Source: a virus (taxonomy: Duplodnaviria; Caudoviricetes). Taken from it: a stretch of 64,000 nt of DNA. Under the pieces are notes generated by a model. It was not told the origin of the DNA, made no database searches, and worked only from the letters and a program-made list of their open reading frames with translations. This document shows positions 10,910 through 20,458 of this stretch, piece after piece (position 1 is the stretch's first letter; each line of letters begins with the position of its first letter). The translations under genes were made by a program, and so were the position numbers. The DNA lies in IMG/VR virus record IMGVR_UViG_3300028591_000139, positions 35,510-99,509 of that record; one strand, written 5' to 3'.

Positions 10910-11836
10910 ATGAAAAAAACTAAGTATAATTTTTGGACAAAAGAAGAAAATGTTATCAATGAGGCAAAAAAGTATAGTACGAAAAAAGATTTTTATACTA
11001 ACTCTGCTTCTGCTTACTATGCTGCGTTAAAATTGGGCATTTTAAATGATTTTACTTGGTTTACTAAAAAACAAGATTTAACTAAATTACAGGATTGTAT
11101 ATATGTTTATATATTTGAAAAGCAAAAATGTGTATATGTTGGAAGAACATTATTAGAAAGAGTTAAACAAAGAGATAACGAACATTTTTCAGAAAATAAA
11201 AACGAGCCCACATATAGATTTATTAAAGAAAATAAAATAGAAAGAGTACCATTAAAAATTATTGAAAGTGGCATAACTGTATGCGAAGGCATAGAAAGGG
11301 AAAAATATTGGGCTTCTTTTTATGAAAAAAATGGTTATAATTTAATAAATTCTGTAAAATGTGGAGGCGTTGGAGCGTTAGAATATAAAATTTGGAATAG
11401 TAAAAACGTTGAAGAAGAATCCAAAAGATACAAAACTCGCAGTGAGTTTGCTAAAGGCTCTCCATCCGCTTACAAATATGCATTAAAAGAAAAATTACTA
11501 CCAAAATTTGTATGGCTTTCAACAAGTATGAAAATGCCATTTGGCTATTGGATAATAAAAGAGAATGTGGTTAAAGAAGCGAAAAAATATACATCAAGAA
11601 CAGAGTTTTATAAAAAATGTTCTCCGGCCTATCGTTCAGCAATAAAGCATAAATGGATTGACGAAATGACTTGGCTTAAATGTGAGAGAATGGTCAAACG
11701 TGGCTTTTGGAGCTATGAAAATTTAAAAGAAGAATCAAAAAAATACAAAAATAAAAAGGAATTTTTAAAACACAATAAAAGCGCCTATATGATTGCTTAC
11801 AAAAAGGGCTTACTTAATACATTATATAATGAATGA
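10910..11836 (+). CDS. GIY-YIG homing endonuclease with helical repeats
   Basis: CIYVY..VYVGRT..R..H..E core plus KYxxRxEF..AY..A repeats. Confidence 0.8.
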   Translation: MKKTKYNFWTKEENVINEAKKYSTKKDFYTNSASAYYAALKLGILNDFTWFTKKQDLTKLQDCIYVYIFEKQKCVYVGRTLLERVKQRDNEHFSENKNEPTYRFIKENKIERVPLKIIESGITVCEGIEREKYWASFYEKNGYNLINSVKCGGVGALEYKIWNSKNVEEESKRYKTRSEFAKGSPSAYKYALKEKLLPKFVWLSTSMKMPFGYWIIKENVVKEAKKYTSRTEFYKKCSPAYRSAIKHKWIDEMTWLKCERMVKRGFWSYENLKEESKKYKNKKEFLKHNKSAYMIAYKKGLLNTLYNE

Positions 11837-13787
11837 AAAATTAGAAAGAATAAATAAAGCTTATAAAAGCCTAAAAGAATATTCTGGTGCCAATCCATAC
11901 ATTATTAACTTGAAAAATATGGTTTATGCCTATAAAACAAGAGGATTAAATGATTTAGAAATAGGCTATATTATCAAAAATATCAATTTTGAACCAAAAG
12001 AAATAAATAAAATCGTTAAAATCGCAGATTGGTACGGGGAAAAACTATATAATGAGTTGGAATTGGATTTTATACCAGAAAAATTGAAAATAACATGGTT
12101 TCTTGGAGAAACTGATTATGCGTACCATTTTTTCTTTATATATAGAAGGTCACAAGATAAAGCAATAGAAGCGTTTGCGCCAAAAAACGCAATATTAACA
12201 AACTTTTTAATAGAAGATTATAATAAGTTAGATATAGATTTTACAGATGTTGAGAAAAAAAGCGGCAGAAAAATAATGGAACACCAAAAAGAAGCCTGCA
12301 AGTTCCTAATCTCAAGAAAAAAATGTATTCTTGCCGATGAAATGGGTGGCGGGAAGACATACAGTGCTATTTTGGGGGCATACCTGGGTAATTTTGAACA
12401 TATTCTTATCATTTCCCCATCATCAGTTAAAAAAACGTGGGAAAACGAACTAAAATTACTCATAAACGATGAAGATATTACCATAGTACAAGGTTCTAAA
12501 TGGAAAGATGCAAAATATACTATTATAAATTATGATATATTAGATAATTTCTACAAAATACCGACACAAAAAATAAAAAAGAAAGAACTTAATGTTGATG
12601 ACGAAGGAAAAGTAATTACAGAATATAAAGAAAAAGAAATAGTATCGAGAAACCAAAAAATAATAAATGAAGCAATGTCCGAAAGTCAACTATTTCAAGC
12701 AAAATATGACTTAATTATCATAGACGAGGCTCATAAACTTTCAAATAGTACCTCCGGAAGATTTAAAATATTATCTGACCTCATCAAAAGAAGCAATCCA
12801 AAAGGAATATTTGAATTAACCGGTACAATGATAACAAATAATTCAAATAATTTATATAACTTGCTTAAAATTATTGATGTTCCCATTACAAAAGATTGGA
12901 AATATTATATGACAAGATACTGTGGGGCTAAAATCTTCTACAAGAAAAATGAAAGAAACGCTTATACTGCACTATTCTGCAAATCTGTTGGAAAAAAAGA
13001 ATGGATGGATTTAACATATGATGAAAAACAGGAGTTGAACGAAGTTCTTGAGAAAAAATGCAAGAAAATATGTATCCCAGGAGAAGACACTAACATGGAA
13101 GAGTTGCAAGAAATCATAAAACCTTACTATTTAAGACGATTAAAAGAAGATTTTGTTAAAATGGTAAAAAAAGATATAAGATGCTTGCACTACGAAATGA
13201 CAGAAGAAGAAAAAGAATCTTATAACGAAGTGTGGGAACAATATCTGGCACTACAAGAAGATAAAGAAAAAACAGAAAAAAATAAAAAACTTATAGAAAC
13301 ATCATTAATGAGACAGTGGCTCGCAAATAAAATGATACCAAAAACAATAGAATTAGTGAAAAAATCTATAAGTCTGGGACATAAAATTATTATATTTTGC
13401 GCATATGATAACGAAATAGATAAGTTTAGAGAAGAATTTGGCGATATTTGCGTATACCATAACGGAAAACAAACAGAAAAAAAGAAAAATGAAGCCGTCG
13501 AAAAATTTCAAAATGATGACTCAATAAAAGTGTTTATCGGAAATATAATTTCAGCAGGAGTGGGATTAACATTGATAGCTGCGGACATTATCGTGTTTAA
13601 TAATTTTAGTTTTGTCCCAAGCGATAATGTACAAGCTGAAGACAGATGCCATCGCATAGGGCAAACAAAGCCTTGCACAATTTATTATCAATCGTTCAAT
13701 GGAACGTATTATGATAAAATGTTGGAGATTGTTCACAACAAGGAAGAGGTTATAGATAAGATAATCATTACGGAAAAAGAAAAATAA
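11829..13787 (+). CDS. SNF2-family helicase
   Basis: ILADEMGGGKT, DEAH, LTGT, GVGLTL, QAEDRCHRIGQ; start probably MNEKL. Confidence 0.93.
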   Translation: MNEKLERINKAYKSLKEYSGANPYIINLKNMVYAYKTRGLNDLEIGYIIKNINFEPKEINKIVKIADWYGEKLYNELELDFIPEKLKITWFLGETDYAYHFFFIYRRSQDKAIEAFAPKNAILTNFLIEDYNKLDIDFTDVEKKSGRKIMEHQKEACKFLISRKKCILADEMGGGKTYSAILGAYLGNFEHILIISPSSVKKTWENELKLLINDEDITIVQGSKWKDAKYTIINYDILDNFYKIPTQKIKKKELNVDDEGKVITEYKEKEIVSRNQKIINEAMSESQLFQAKYDLIIIDEAHKLSNSTSGRFKILSDLIKRSNPKGIFELTGTMITNNSNNLYNLLKIIDVPITKDWKYYMTRYCGAKIFYKKNERNAYTALFCKSVGKKEWMDLTYDEKQELNEVLEKKCKKICIPGEDTNMEELQEIIKPYYLRRLKEDFVKMVKKDIRCLHYEMTEEEKESYNEVWEQYLALQEDKEKTEKNKKLIETSLMRQWLANKMIPKTIELVKKSISLGHKIIIFCAYDNEIDKFREEFGDICVYHNGKQTEKKKNEAVEKFQNDDSIKVFIGNIISAGVGLTLIAADIIVFNNFSFVPSDNVQAEDRCHRIGQTKPCTIYYQSFNGTYYDKMLEIVHNKEEVIDKIIITEKEK

Positions 13788-13789
13788 CA

Positions 13790-14749
13790 ATGCCAAAGAA
13801 ATTAACAACGGAAGAATTTATAAAAAGAGCAAAACTGCTTCATAATAATAAATATGACTATTCAAAATCTGAATATAATACAGCAAAAGAAAAAATTTGC
13901 ATAATATGTCCGGAGCACGGTGAATTCTGGCAAACTCCAACCGACCATTTAAGTGGAAGGGGATGTTATAAGTGTGGAATAGAAAGGACAAAAGAATCAC
14001 AAAAATTCACTACAGAACAGTTTATAGAAAAAGCTAAACAAACCCATGGTGACAAATATAATTATTCAAAAGTTAATTATGTTAACTCACAAACACCAGT
14101 AATTATTACATGTCCAAAACATGGAGATTTTATTATGCGTCCAAACGACCACATTCAAGGCCAAGGTTGCCCAAAGTGCAAGTTAATATTTCTAAGGAAT
14201 AAATTCTCTCTCACAACTGAACAATTTATTAAAAAAGCAAGAGAAATACATGGTAATAAATATGTTTATTCTAAAGTAAAATACGTGAATAATAGGACAA
14301 AAGTTTGTATTATATGCCCAAAACATGGTGAATTTTGGCAAACTCCGGACAAACATTTGCAAGGGTGTAATTGTCCCAAATGCAATAAAAGCAGATTAGA
14401 AGAAAAAGTTAGCCTTATTTTATCAAAAAATAACATTGACTTTGAAGAGCAAAAGCATTTTGAATGGCTTGGTAGACAAAGTTTAGATTTTTTTCTTCCA
14501 AAGTTTAGTATAGGAATTGAATGTCAAGGAGTAGAACACTTTAAACCTGTGGAAAGATTTAAAGGAAGCGGAGGCTTTGAAAATACCAATGAAAGGGATG
14601 TATTAAAATATAGGCTTTGCGGTAACAATAAAGTCAAATTACTTTATTATACAAATCTTAAAGAATATAACACATTTCTCAATGAATCTTTAATTAAAAA
14701 TGAAGATGATTTAATCAAAGTAATCACAGAAAATAATAAAAATATATAG
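13790..14749 (+). CDS. Homing endonuclease: CPxHG zinc-ribbon repeats plus Vsr/DUF559-like nuclease
   Basis: Three YDYSK..ICPxHGEFWQ..GCxxC repeats; SLDFFLP..GIECQGVEHF. Confidence 0.85.
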   Translation: MPKKLTTEEFIKRAKLLHNNKYDYSKSEYNTAKEKICIICPEHGEFWQTPTDHLSGRGCYKCGIERTKESQKFTTEQFIEKAKQTHGDKYNYSKVNYVNSQTPVIITCPKHGDFIMRPNDHIQGQGCPKCKLIFLRNKFSLTTEQFIKKAREIHGNKYVYSKVKYVNNRTKVCIICPKHGEFWQTPDKHLQGCNCPKCNKSRLEEKVSLILSKNNIDFEEQKHFEWLGRQSLDFFLPKFSIGIECQGVEHFKPVERFKGSGGFENTNERDVLKYRLCGNNKVKLLYYTNLKEYNTFLNESLIKNEDDLIKVITENNKNI

Positions 14750-14790
14750 AATATAAATTGAAAAATAAATAATTATAAAAAAAAATAGAT

Positions 14791-15111
14791 ATGGATGATT
14801 TACATTTAAACAAATACAGAATTAAAGAAATTGTTTACGAATTAAACGAGCATAAAACGGCAATTTTTAAGTTTAATAATTTTTGTCTGAATGACGTGGA
14901 AGTTATCGATAAACTTCAAAAACCAAAAGAATTACATGAATATGAGCCGACGTCTTGTTTGCGAACAGAAGAAGGAATGCAAGAAACACTAAATGCCTCA
15001 AGAAAAAAAGAATGGAAAGAAGGCTTTTTGAAAAATAAACTCAAAAACACGCTAAACAGTCCTGATGAAGTAAAAAAAGAAAATGAAAATAAATCAGAAG
15101 AATTAGATTAA
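14791..15111 (+). CDS. Hypothetical protein
   Basis: ORF track; co-oriented with neighbours. Confidence 0.6.
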   Translation: MDDLHLNKYRIKEIVYELNEHKTAIFKFNNFCLNDVEVIDKLQKPKELHEYEPTSCLRTEEGMQETLNASRKKEWKEGFLKNKLKNTLNSPDEVKKENENKSEELD

Positions 15112-15131
15112 AATTTTAAATATTATTAAAA

Positions 15132-15536
15132 ATGAATAGTGAGTCAAAAAACCTATCCCTCTGTTTTGTCAACCTTGTTGGAGAAGAAAACGATGGAAAT
15201 TACAGATATGAATTTATGTTCACAGACAACCCAGATGAAGTTTTCGGAGAGAATTGGGAGTATATGCCTGCGGGGATGGTTAATAATTTAATGCCATCGG
15301 AAGAATATATAACGGAAATACACGTTGTTAAAACAAAAATTAAACTAGACCTAATACAAAATAATAATTGTTTTTCAATGCAAGACGCTCTTGACGGCTG
15401 CGTTGGTATCGCATATGAGAATATTTCATTTTATGATGACTATCCTGAAGACGGAAGGTTAATTTTTATGTTTGGGGAGTCATTTGATGATATTGAAAGA
15501 AAGCTTGCAATGAAAAATATATTATTTGAAAAATAA
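15132..15536 (+). CDS. Hypothetical acidic protein
   Basis: ORF track; followed by hairpin agagcaa/ttgctct. Confidence 0.7.
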   Translation: MNSESKNLSLCFVNLVGEENDGNYRYEFMFTDNPDEVFGENWEYMPAGMVNNLMPSEEYITEIHVVKTKIKLDLIQNNNCFSMQDALDGCVGIAYENISFYDDYPEDGRLIFMFGESFDDIERKLAMKNILFEK

Positions 15537-15636
15537 AAAATAGAGCAATCATAATAGTGGTTGCTCTTTCTTTATGCCACGTTATTACGTGCGTACCAAG
15601 CATAGTACAGTTCATCAGTTCAAAATAGGACGTTAC

Positions 15637-15658
15637 TGCCAACAGATATATCGTTACT
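15637..15658 (+). repeat. Solo copy of the 22-bp TIR of the TnpB elements
   Basis: tgccaacagatatatcgttact matches the TIR at 47146-47167 at 20/22 positions. Confidence 0.7.
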
Positions 15659-15663
15659 TTTTT

Positions 15664-16050
15664 TTATTTTAACTCTCTTATTGTTATCATAAGTTGCTCC
15701 CTAATTGGAACAATCAAATTTCCACTTGGGTAAGTATATTCATCATTTTTTATCTCCCCAAATTCAATATCGAAATAACCAATATAATTGCCAGCCTCAT
15801 TAACATCACGTTTTCTCCAATCATAGCAGATAACGTACTCTTCTACGCAGCCGCCCGTTTCCTTTTTCTTAATATAAGCAGGAGCTTTTGCAATCTTTGT
15901 CACACCACTCTCCCTATTAATCATGGTAAAAGTAATGGAACAGTTTTGCAAAGCCTCGAAAGCCTTTCTATAGTCGTGCCTTCCGTCATTTATTAACTCA
16001 AGCCGTATGGACGGATTCAATGAGTTTTGATTCAAATACCACTCTTGCAT
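15664..16050 (-). CDS. BppU-like baseplate/structural protein
   Basis: YDW..DV..AGNYIGYFDIEF..TYPS pattern resembles the BppU N-terminal domain. Confidence 0.45.
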   Translation of the reverse strand: MQEWYLNQNSLNPSIRLELINDGRHDYRKAFEALQNCSITFTMINRESGVTKIAKAPAYIKKKETGGCVEEYVICYDWRKRDVNEAGNYIGYFDIEFGEIKNDEYTYPSGNLIVPIREQLMITIRELK

Positions 16051-16174
16051 TTATTTAAAGTTTTTTTAATAAATATTTTATTTTTTATAAATATTTTTGT
16101 ATATTTGCAAATGAATTGATGTTTTTTAAAAGTAAAAACTTAAAATTCTAACTAAATTTAAAAAAATTTTTAAT

Positions 16175-18634
16175 ATGGCAAAAGAAATTACAACAGAAAT
16201 GGTAAACACATTCCTTAGTGGGCACGACCCAATGGAACATATTGTTTCAATTGAATGTGATTATATGGATAGTATGGCAAATATTATCTATAATAATGAA
16301 AACGGAGAAAAAAGAGTTAAAAGAGAGCCATTTAAACCATTTATATGGGTCAAAAATAGCGCGTGCATAAGAATGTTTGGTGGCAATAGAAGCTTGTTAA
16401 TCAGAAAATTAAGGGAATATAATATAAACGTCAAAAAATTAACAGACAAAAGAGAAGACGGCACTAAAATAGAAAGACTTGAAAACGGATATAAATATCT
16501 GTTCTACGCCACTAAAAATATGCCATATTCAAGATTCCTAAACTTCTTTACAGAAGCAGGAACACCAATATATGATAAAAATGCGGCAACAGAAAGAGGA
16601 GGCGGCTCAAAAGAATTTATGGCAATTACACCAATTGAACAATTTATGATTCAAACTGGAAAAAGACTGTTCAAAGGATATGAAAACTATGACGATTTAA
16701 AGAGATTCTTGTTCGACCTTGAAACACAAGGGCTTAACCCAAGAATACACGCCATAGACCAAATTGGTATGAGAACCAATAAAGGTTTTGAGAAAATTAT
16801 TACAATAACAGGCGAAGGGGAAGAGAGAAATAAAAATGAATTAGAGGCAATTGACGAATTCCTAAAAACAATATATGAAGAAAAACCCGATATTATAGCA
16901 GGACATAACTCAGAAAACTTCGATTGGGACTTCATAATCATCAGATGCGAAGTGTTGGGCACAACACTACAAGAAATGTCATCAAAATACTTCAAACACC
17001 CAATATATAAAAAGAAAAAAAACGCAGTGCTAAAACTCGGAGGAGAAATGGAATATTATAAACCAACTATGGCTTGGGGCTTTAGCGTGTTAGACTCACT
17101 ACATGCAGTCAGAAGAGCACAAGCACTTGACTCCAATATGAAATCTGCGTCACTTAAATATACGACAAAATATCTCAACCTTAAAAAACCAAATCGAGTA
17201 TATGTTCCAGGAGGAATAATTACAAAAGTATGGAACGTCACAGAAAAAAAATATGCCTTTAGAAATACAGACGGAGATTGGTATGAAATAAAAGACGATA
17301 GAAAACTACTAGACGGCTATGAATTAACAAGTGGAAGATACATAGTAGAAAGATACTTGTTGGACGACCTTTGGGAAACTGATAAAGTAGAACTTACACT
17401 AAATGAGTCTAACTTCCTCGTGGCAAAATTACTCCCAACGTCATTTACAAGAGCGTGCACAATGGGAACAGCAGGAATTTGGAAATTAATTATGCTTGCT
17501 TGGAGCTATGAAAATAATCTTGCAGTACCGGCAACAAGCGAAAACGCTCGCTTTACAGGAGGCCTATCACGATTATTAAAAGTGGGATATGTCGATAGAA
17601 TCGTAAAATTAGACTACAACTCACTTTATCCATCAATAGACTTAACGTGGTGGGTTAGCACGGGATTAGACATAGATAATATTATGCTCCATCTTCTCGA
17701 ACATATATTAACAAACCGAGAAAAATATAAAAAAATAAAAGAAGAATACGGAGAAAAAGCAAATAAACTAAAAGATAAATTAAATTCAACCGATTTAACA
17801 GAAGAAGAAAAAACAAATATAAAAAACGAAATTGCACGCTGTAAATCAATCAAATCAGCGAATGATAAGAAACAACTACCTTTAAAGATTTTGGCCAATA
17901 GCTTTTTCGGGTCATACGGGTGTCCACAAGTGTTTCCGTTTGGCGATTTGGAAGCTGCTGAGAAAACAACTTGTATTGGAAGACAGAGTTTACGTTTAAT
18001 GATTTCTCATTTTTCGACATTAAGCGAAAAGTTTGGCATTAATAATTCTGACTATAATTACACTCCTGTTGTGGGCGACTCGTTCACAGGTGATACACCA
18101 TTATTTATAAAGTACGATGAAAACGGGTTAATTGATATAAAGCCAGTTGAGGAGTTAATTGGCGAAACGGAAGTTGATGCGTTGGGCCGTGAATATGATA
18201 CGTCCCAGAAGCCATTTAAAGTGCTCTGTAGAAGCGGTTGGATGCATCCTGAGTATATTTACCGTCACAAGACAGAAAAGCCGTTGTACGAACTTTCTGA
18301 TGGCAATATGAACGTTGTGGTAACAGAGGACCACAGTTTGTTTAATAACAGACAGGAAAAAATCAAGCCAAGCGAAATAAATGCCGAAACAAAATTGGAA
18401 TATTACAATGAAAAGCTTGACCACAGTTATACTGACCCAAGTATTAAGCAAATAATAACGATAGCCAAGATGGTGAAGAACGGCACGTTTGATAGAATAC
18501 CGATTAGCATTCTTAACTTAGACAAAAAACAAAGAATACAGGTGTTTTTAGATGTTCTTGGAGATGTGGACTACTCAAAAATTAGCAAAACTTGTGCAGC
18601 TGGAATATTATTTTTAAAAAAGCAAATTATTTAA
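16175..18634 (+). CDS. polB: Family B DNA polymerase, N-terminal part, fused to the N-half of a split intein
   Basis: ExoI FDLET, ExoII HNSENFD, ExoIII YLLDD, motif A DYNSLYPS, motif B KILANSFFG; motif C is cut after VVGD by intein sequence. Promoter TATATTTG at 16100-16107. Confidence 0.95.
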   Translation: MAKEITTEMVNTFLSGHDPMEHIVSIECDYMDSMANIIYNNENGEKRVKREPFKPFIWVKNSACIRMFGGNRSLLIRKLREYNINVKKLTDKREDGTKIERLENGYKYLFYATKNMPYSRFLNFFTEAGTPIYDKNAATERGGGSKEFMAITPIEQFMIQTGKRLFKGYENYDDLKRFLFDLETQGLNPRIHAIDQIGMRTNKGFEKIITITGEGEERNKNELEAIDEFLKTIYEEKPDIIAGHNSENFDWDFIIIRCEVLGTTLQEMSSKYFKHPIYKKKKNAVLKLGGEMEYYKPTMAWGFSVLDSLHAVRRAQALDSNMKSASLKYTTKYLNLKKPNRVYVPGGIITKVWNVTEKKYAFRNTDGDWYEIKDDRKLLDGYELTSGRYIVERYLLDDLWETDKVELTLNESNFLVAKLLPTSFTRACTMGTAGIWKLIMLAWSYENNLAVPATSENARFTGGLSRLLKVGYVDRIVKLDYNSLYPSIDLTWWVSTGLDIDNIMLHLLEHILTNREKYKKIKEEYGEKANKLKDKLNSTDLTEEEKTNIKNEIARCKSIKSANDKKQLPLKILANSFFGSYGCPQVFPFGDLEAAEKTTCIGRQSLRLMISHFSTLSEKFGINNSDYNYTPVVGDSFTGDTPLFIKYDENGLIDIKPVEELIGETEVDALGREYDTSQKPFKVLCRSGWMHPEYIYRHKTEKPLYELSDGNMNVVVTEDHSLFNNRQEKIKPSEINAETKLEYYNEKLDHSYTDPSIKQIITIAKMVKNGTFDRIPISILNLDKKQRIQVFLDVLGDVDYSKISKTCAAGILFLKKQII
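18080..18634 (+). other. Split intein N-fragment (184 aa)
   Basis: Block A SFTGDTPLFI directly after VGD; block B VVVTEDHSLF (TxxH); stop codon before any block F or G. Confidence 0.9.
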
Positions 18635-18681
18635 GTAATTTTTATTGGAGTATCAGATATTTATTCTAAAGGCGGTATAAT

Positions 18682-20397
18682 ATGGGAAGATTTAATGAAG
18701 AAAAATTTATAAAAGAATTTAATGAAATTCATAATAATGAATATGAATATTTAAGTTATGAAAATGGGCTGGTGAAATTTTTATGTAAAAAGCATAATGA
18801 AATAAATTATGACACGCCATCGCATTTAAGGGACCCAAAAAGGGGGTGTAAGATTTGCGGAAAAGAAAGACAATCACTTTTTAATAAAAATTCAAATAAA
18901 TTAGCGAAAGAAACTTTTATTGAAAAAGCCAAAAAAATACATGGCGATAAATATGATTATTCTAAAACAGTATATGTAAAAAATAGTATTAAGGTTATTG
19001 TAACATGCCCAACTCATGGGGATTTTACAATAACCCCTAATTCCCATTTAAATGGAGAGGGGTGTTATCGGTGCGGATTAGAGCATTCGCATGAAAAATT
19101 TAGAAAAACAAAAGAGCAATTCATTGAAGAAGCAAAAAAAATTCATGGGGATAAGTACGATTATTCAAAGGTAGAATATGTTAATACAAATCAAAAAGTA
19201 TGCATAATATGCCCAGAGCATGGAGAATTTTGGCAAGTTCCTTTTAAGCATCTAATGGGTCAAGGATGTCGAAAATGCGGCATAAAAAAACGTTCGGCGC
19301 AACAAATGCTCACAACAGAACAATTTATTGAAAAGGCGAGACAAGTTCACGGGGACAAATATGACTATTCCAAAGTTGTTTATAATGGATATGACAATGA
19401 AGTCATTATAACGTGCCCTAAGCATGGAGATTTTAAACAAATACCAGATTCTCATATTCATGGAAGTGGCTGTCAAAAATGCTCTAGTAGCATTTCTAAA
19501 TATGAAAGCGAAATATATGAATTTATATGTAATTTAATTGGTAAAGATAATGTAATACAAAGAGAAAGAAATATACTAAAAAATAAAGCAGAACTTGACA
19601 TTTTTATACCATCAAAAAATATAGCAATAGAATATAATGGCTGTAGATGGCACTCTGAACAATTTAATAAAGATAAGAACTACCATTTAAGTAAAACTCT
19701 TCAATGTAGAGAAAATGGTATAAAGCTAATACAAATATTTGAAGATGAATATATAGACAAAAAAGAAATAGTCTTATCTAAATTAAAACATTTATTGAAT
19801 ATAGATGACGGCGAAAAAATACAAGCTAGAAAATGTTTAATTTATGAAATTTCTTACTATGAAGCAAAAAAATTTTTAGAAAAAAATCATATACAAGGTA
19901 AATGTAAATCAACTATATATTTGGGGGCATATTACGAAAAAAACATAGTAGGAGTAATGGCGCTCACAAAACTAAATGATGATAACGAGTGGGAATTAAA
20001 TAGATTTGCCACCAAAATAAATACTATTAGCCAAGGCATAGGTAGTAAAATGTTCTCATTCTTTATTGAAAAATATAAACCAGAAACTGTAAAATCTTTT
20101 GCCGATAGAAGATGGACTATTAATGAAAATGAAAATCTATATACAAAATTAGGTTTCAGGTTAAAAAGCATTTTACAGCCAGATTACAAATATATTATAG
20201 ATGGCACATATAATAGAGTGCATAAATTTAATTTTAGAAAATCTATTTTATCAAAAAAATATAATTTACCAATGTCTTTAACAGAAAGAGAAATGTGTGA
20301 GAAAATAAAAGCATATAAAATATGGGACTGCGGCTTGCTAAAATATATTTGGAAAAAATCTAAAATCAAAATAATTGATAAAGAAATTATAATTTAG
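18682..20397 (+). CDS. Free-standing homing endonuclease between the polB halves
   Basis: CPxHG repeats, ELDIFIP..AIEYNG.RWH nuclease core, C-terminal GNAT-like region (WELNRFA..SFADRRW..IWDCG). Confidence 0.85.
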   Translation: MGRFNEEKFIKEFNEIHNNEYEYLSYENGLVKFLCKKHNEINYDTPSHLRDPKRGCKICGKERQSLFNKNSNKLAKETFIEKAKKIHGDKYDYSKTVYVKNSIKVIVTCPTHGDFTITPNSHLNGEGCYRCGLEHSHEKFRKTKEQFIEEAKKIHGDKYDYSKVEYVNTNQKVCIICPEHGEFWQVPFKHLMGQGCRKCGIKKRSAQQMLTTEQFIEKARQVHGDKYDYSKVVYNGYDNEVIITCPKHGDFKQIPDSHIHGSGCQKCSSSISKYESEIYEFICNLIGKDNVIQRERNILKNKAELDIFIPSKNIAIEYNGCRWHSEQFNKDKNYHLSKTLQCRENGIKLIQIFEDEYIDKKEIVLSKLKHLLNIDDGEKIQARKCLIYEISYYEAKKFLEKNHIQGKCKSTIYLGAYYEKNIVGVMALTKLNDDNEWELNRFATKINTISQGIGSKMFSFFIEKYKPETVKSFADRRWTINENENLYTKLGFRLKSILQPDYKYIIDGTYNRVHKFNFRKSILSKKYNLPMSLTEREMCEKIKAYKIWDCGLLKYIWKKSKIKIIDKEIII

Positions 20398-20458
20398 GTA
20401 TAGAATACCCATATCAAGTTTTTGAGAATAAAGAAGAACTTTTAAAAGAAATACTAAA

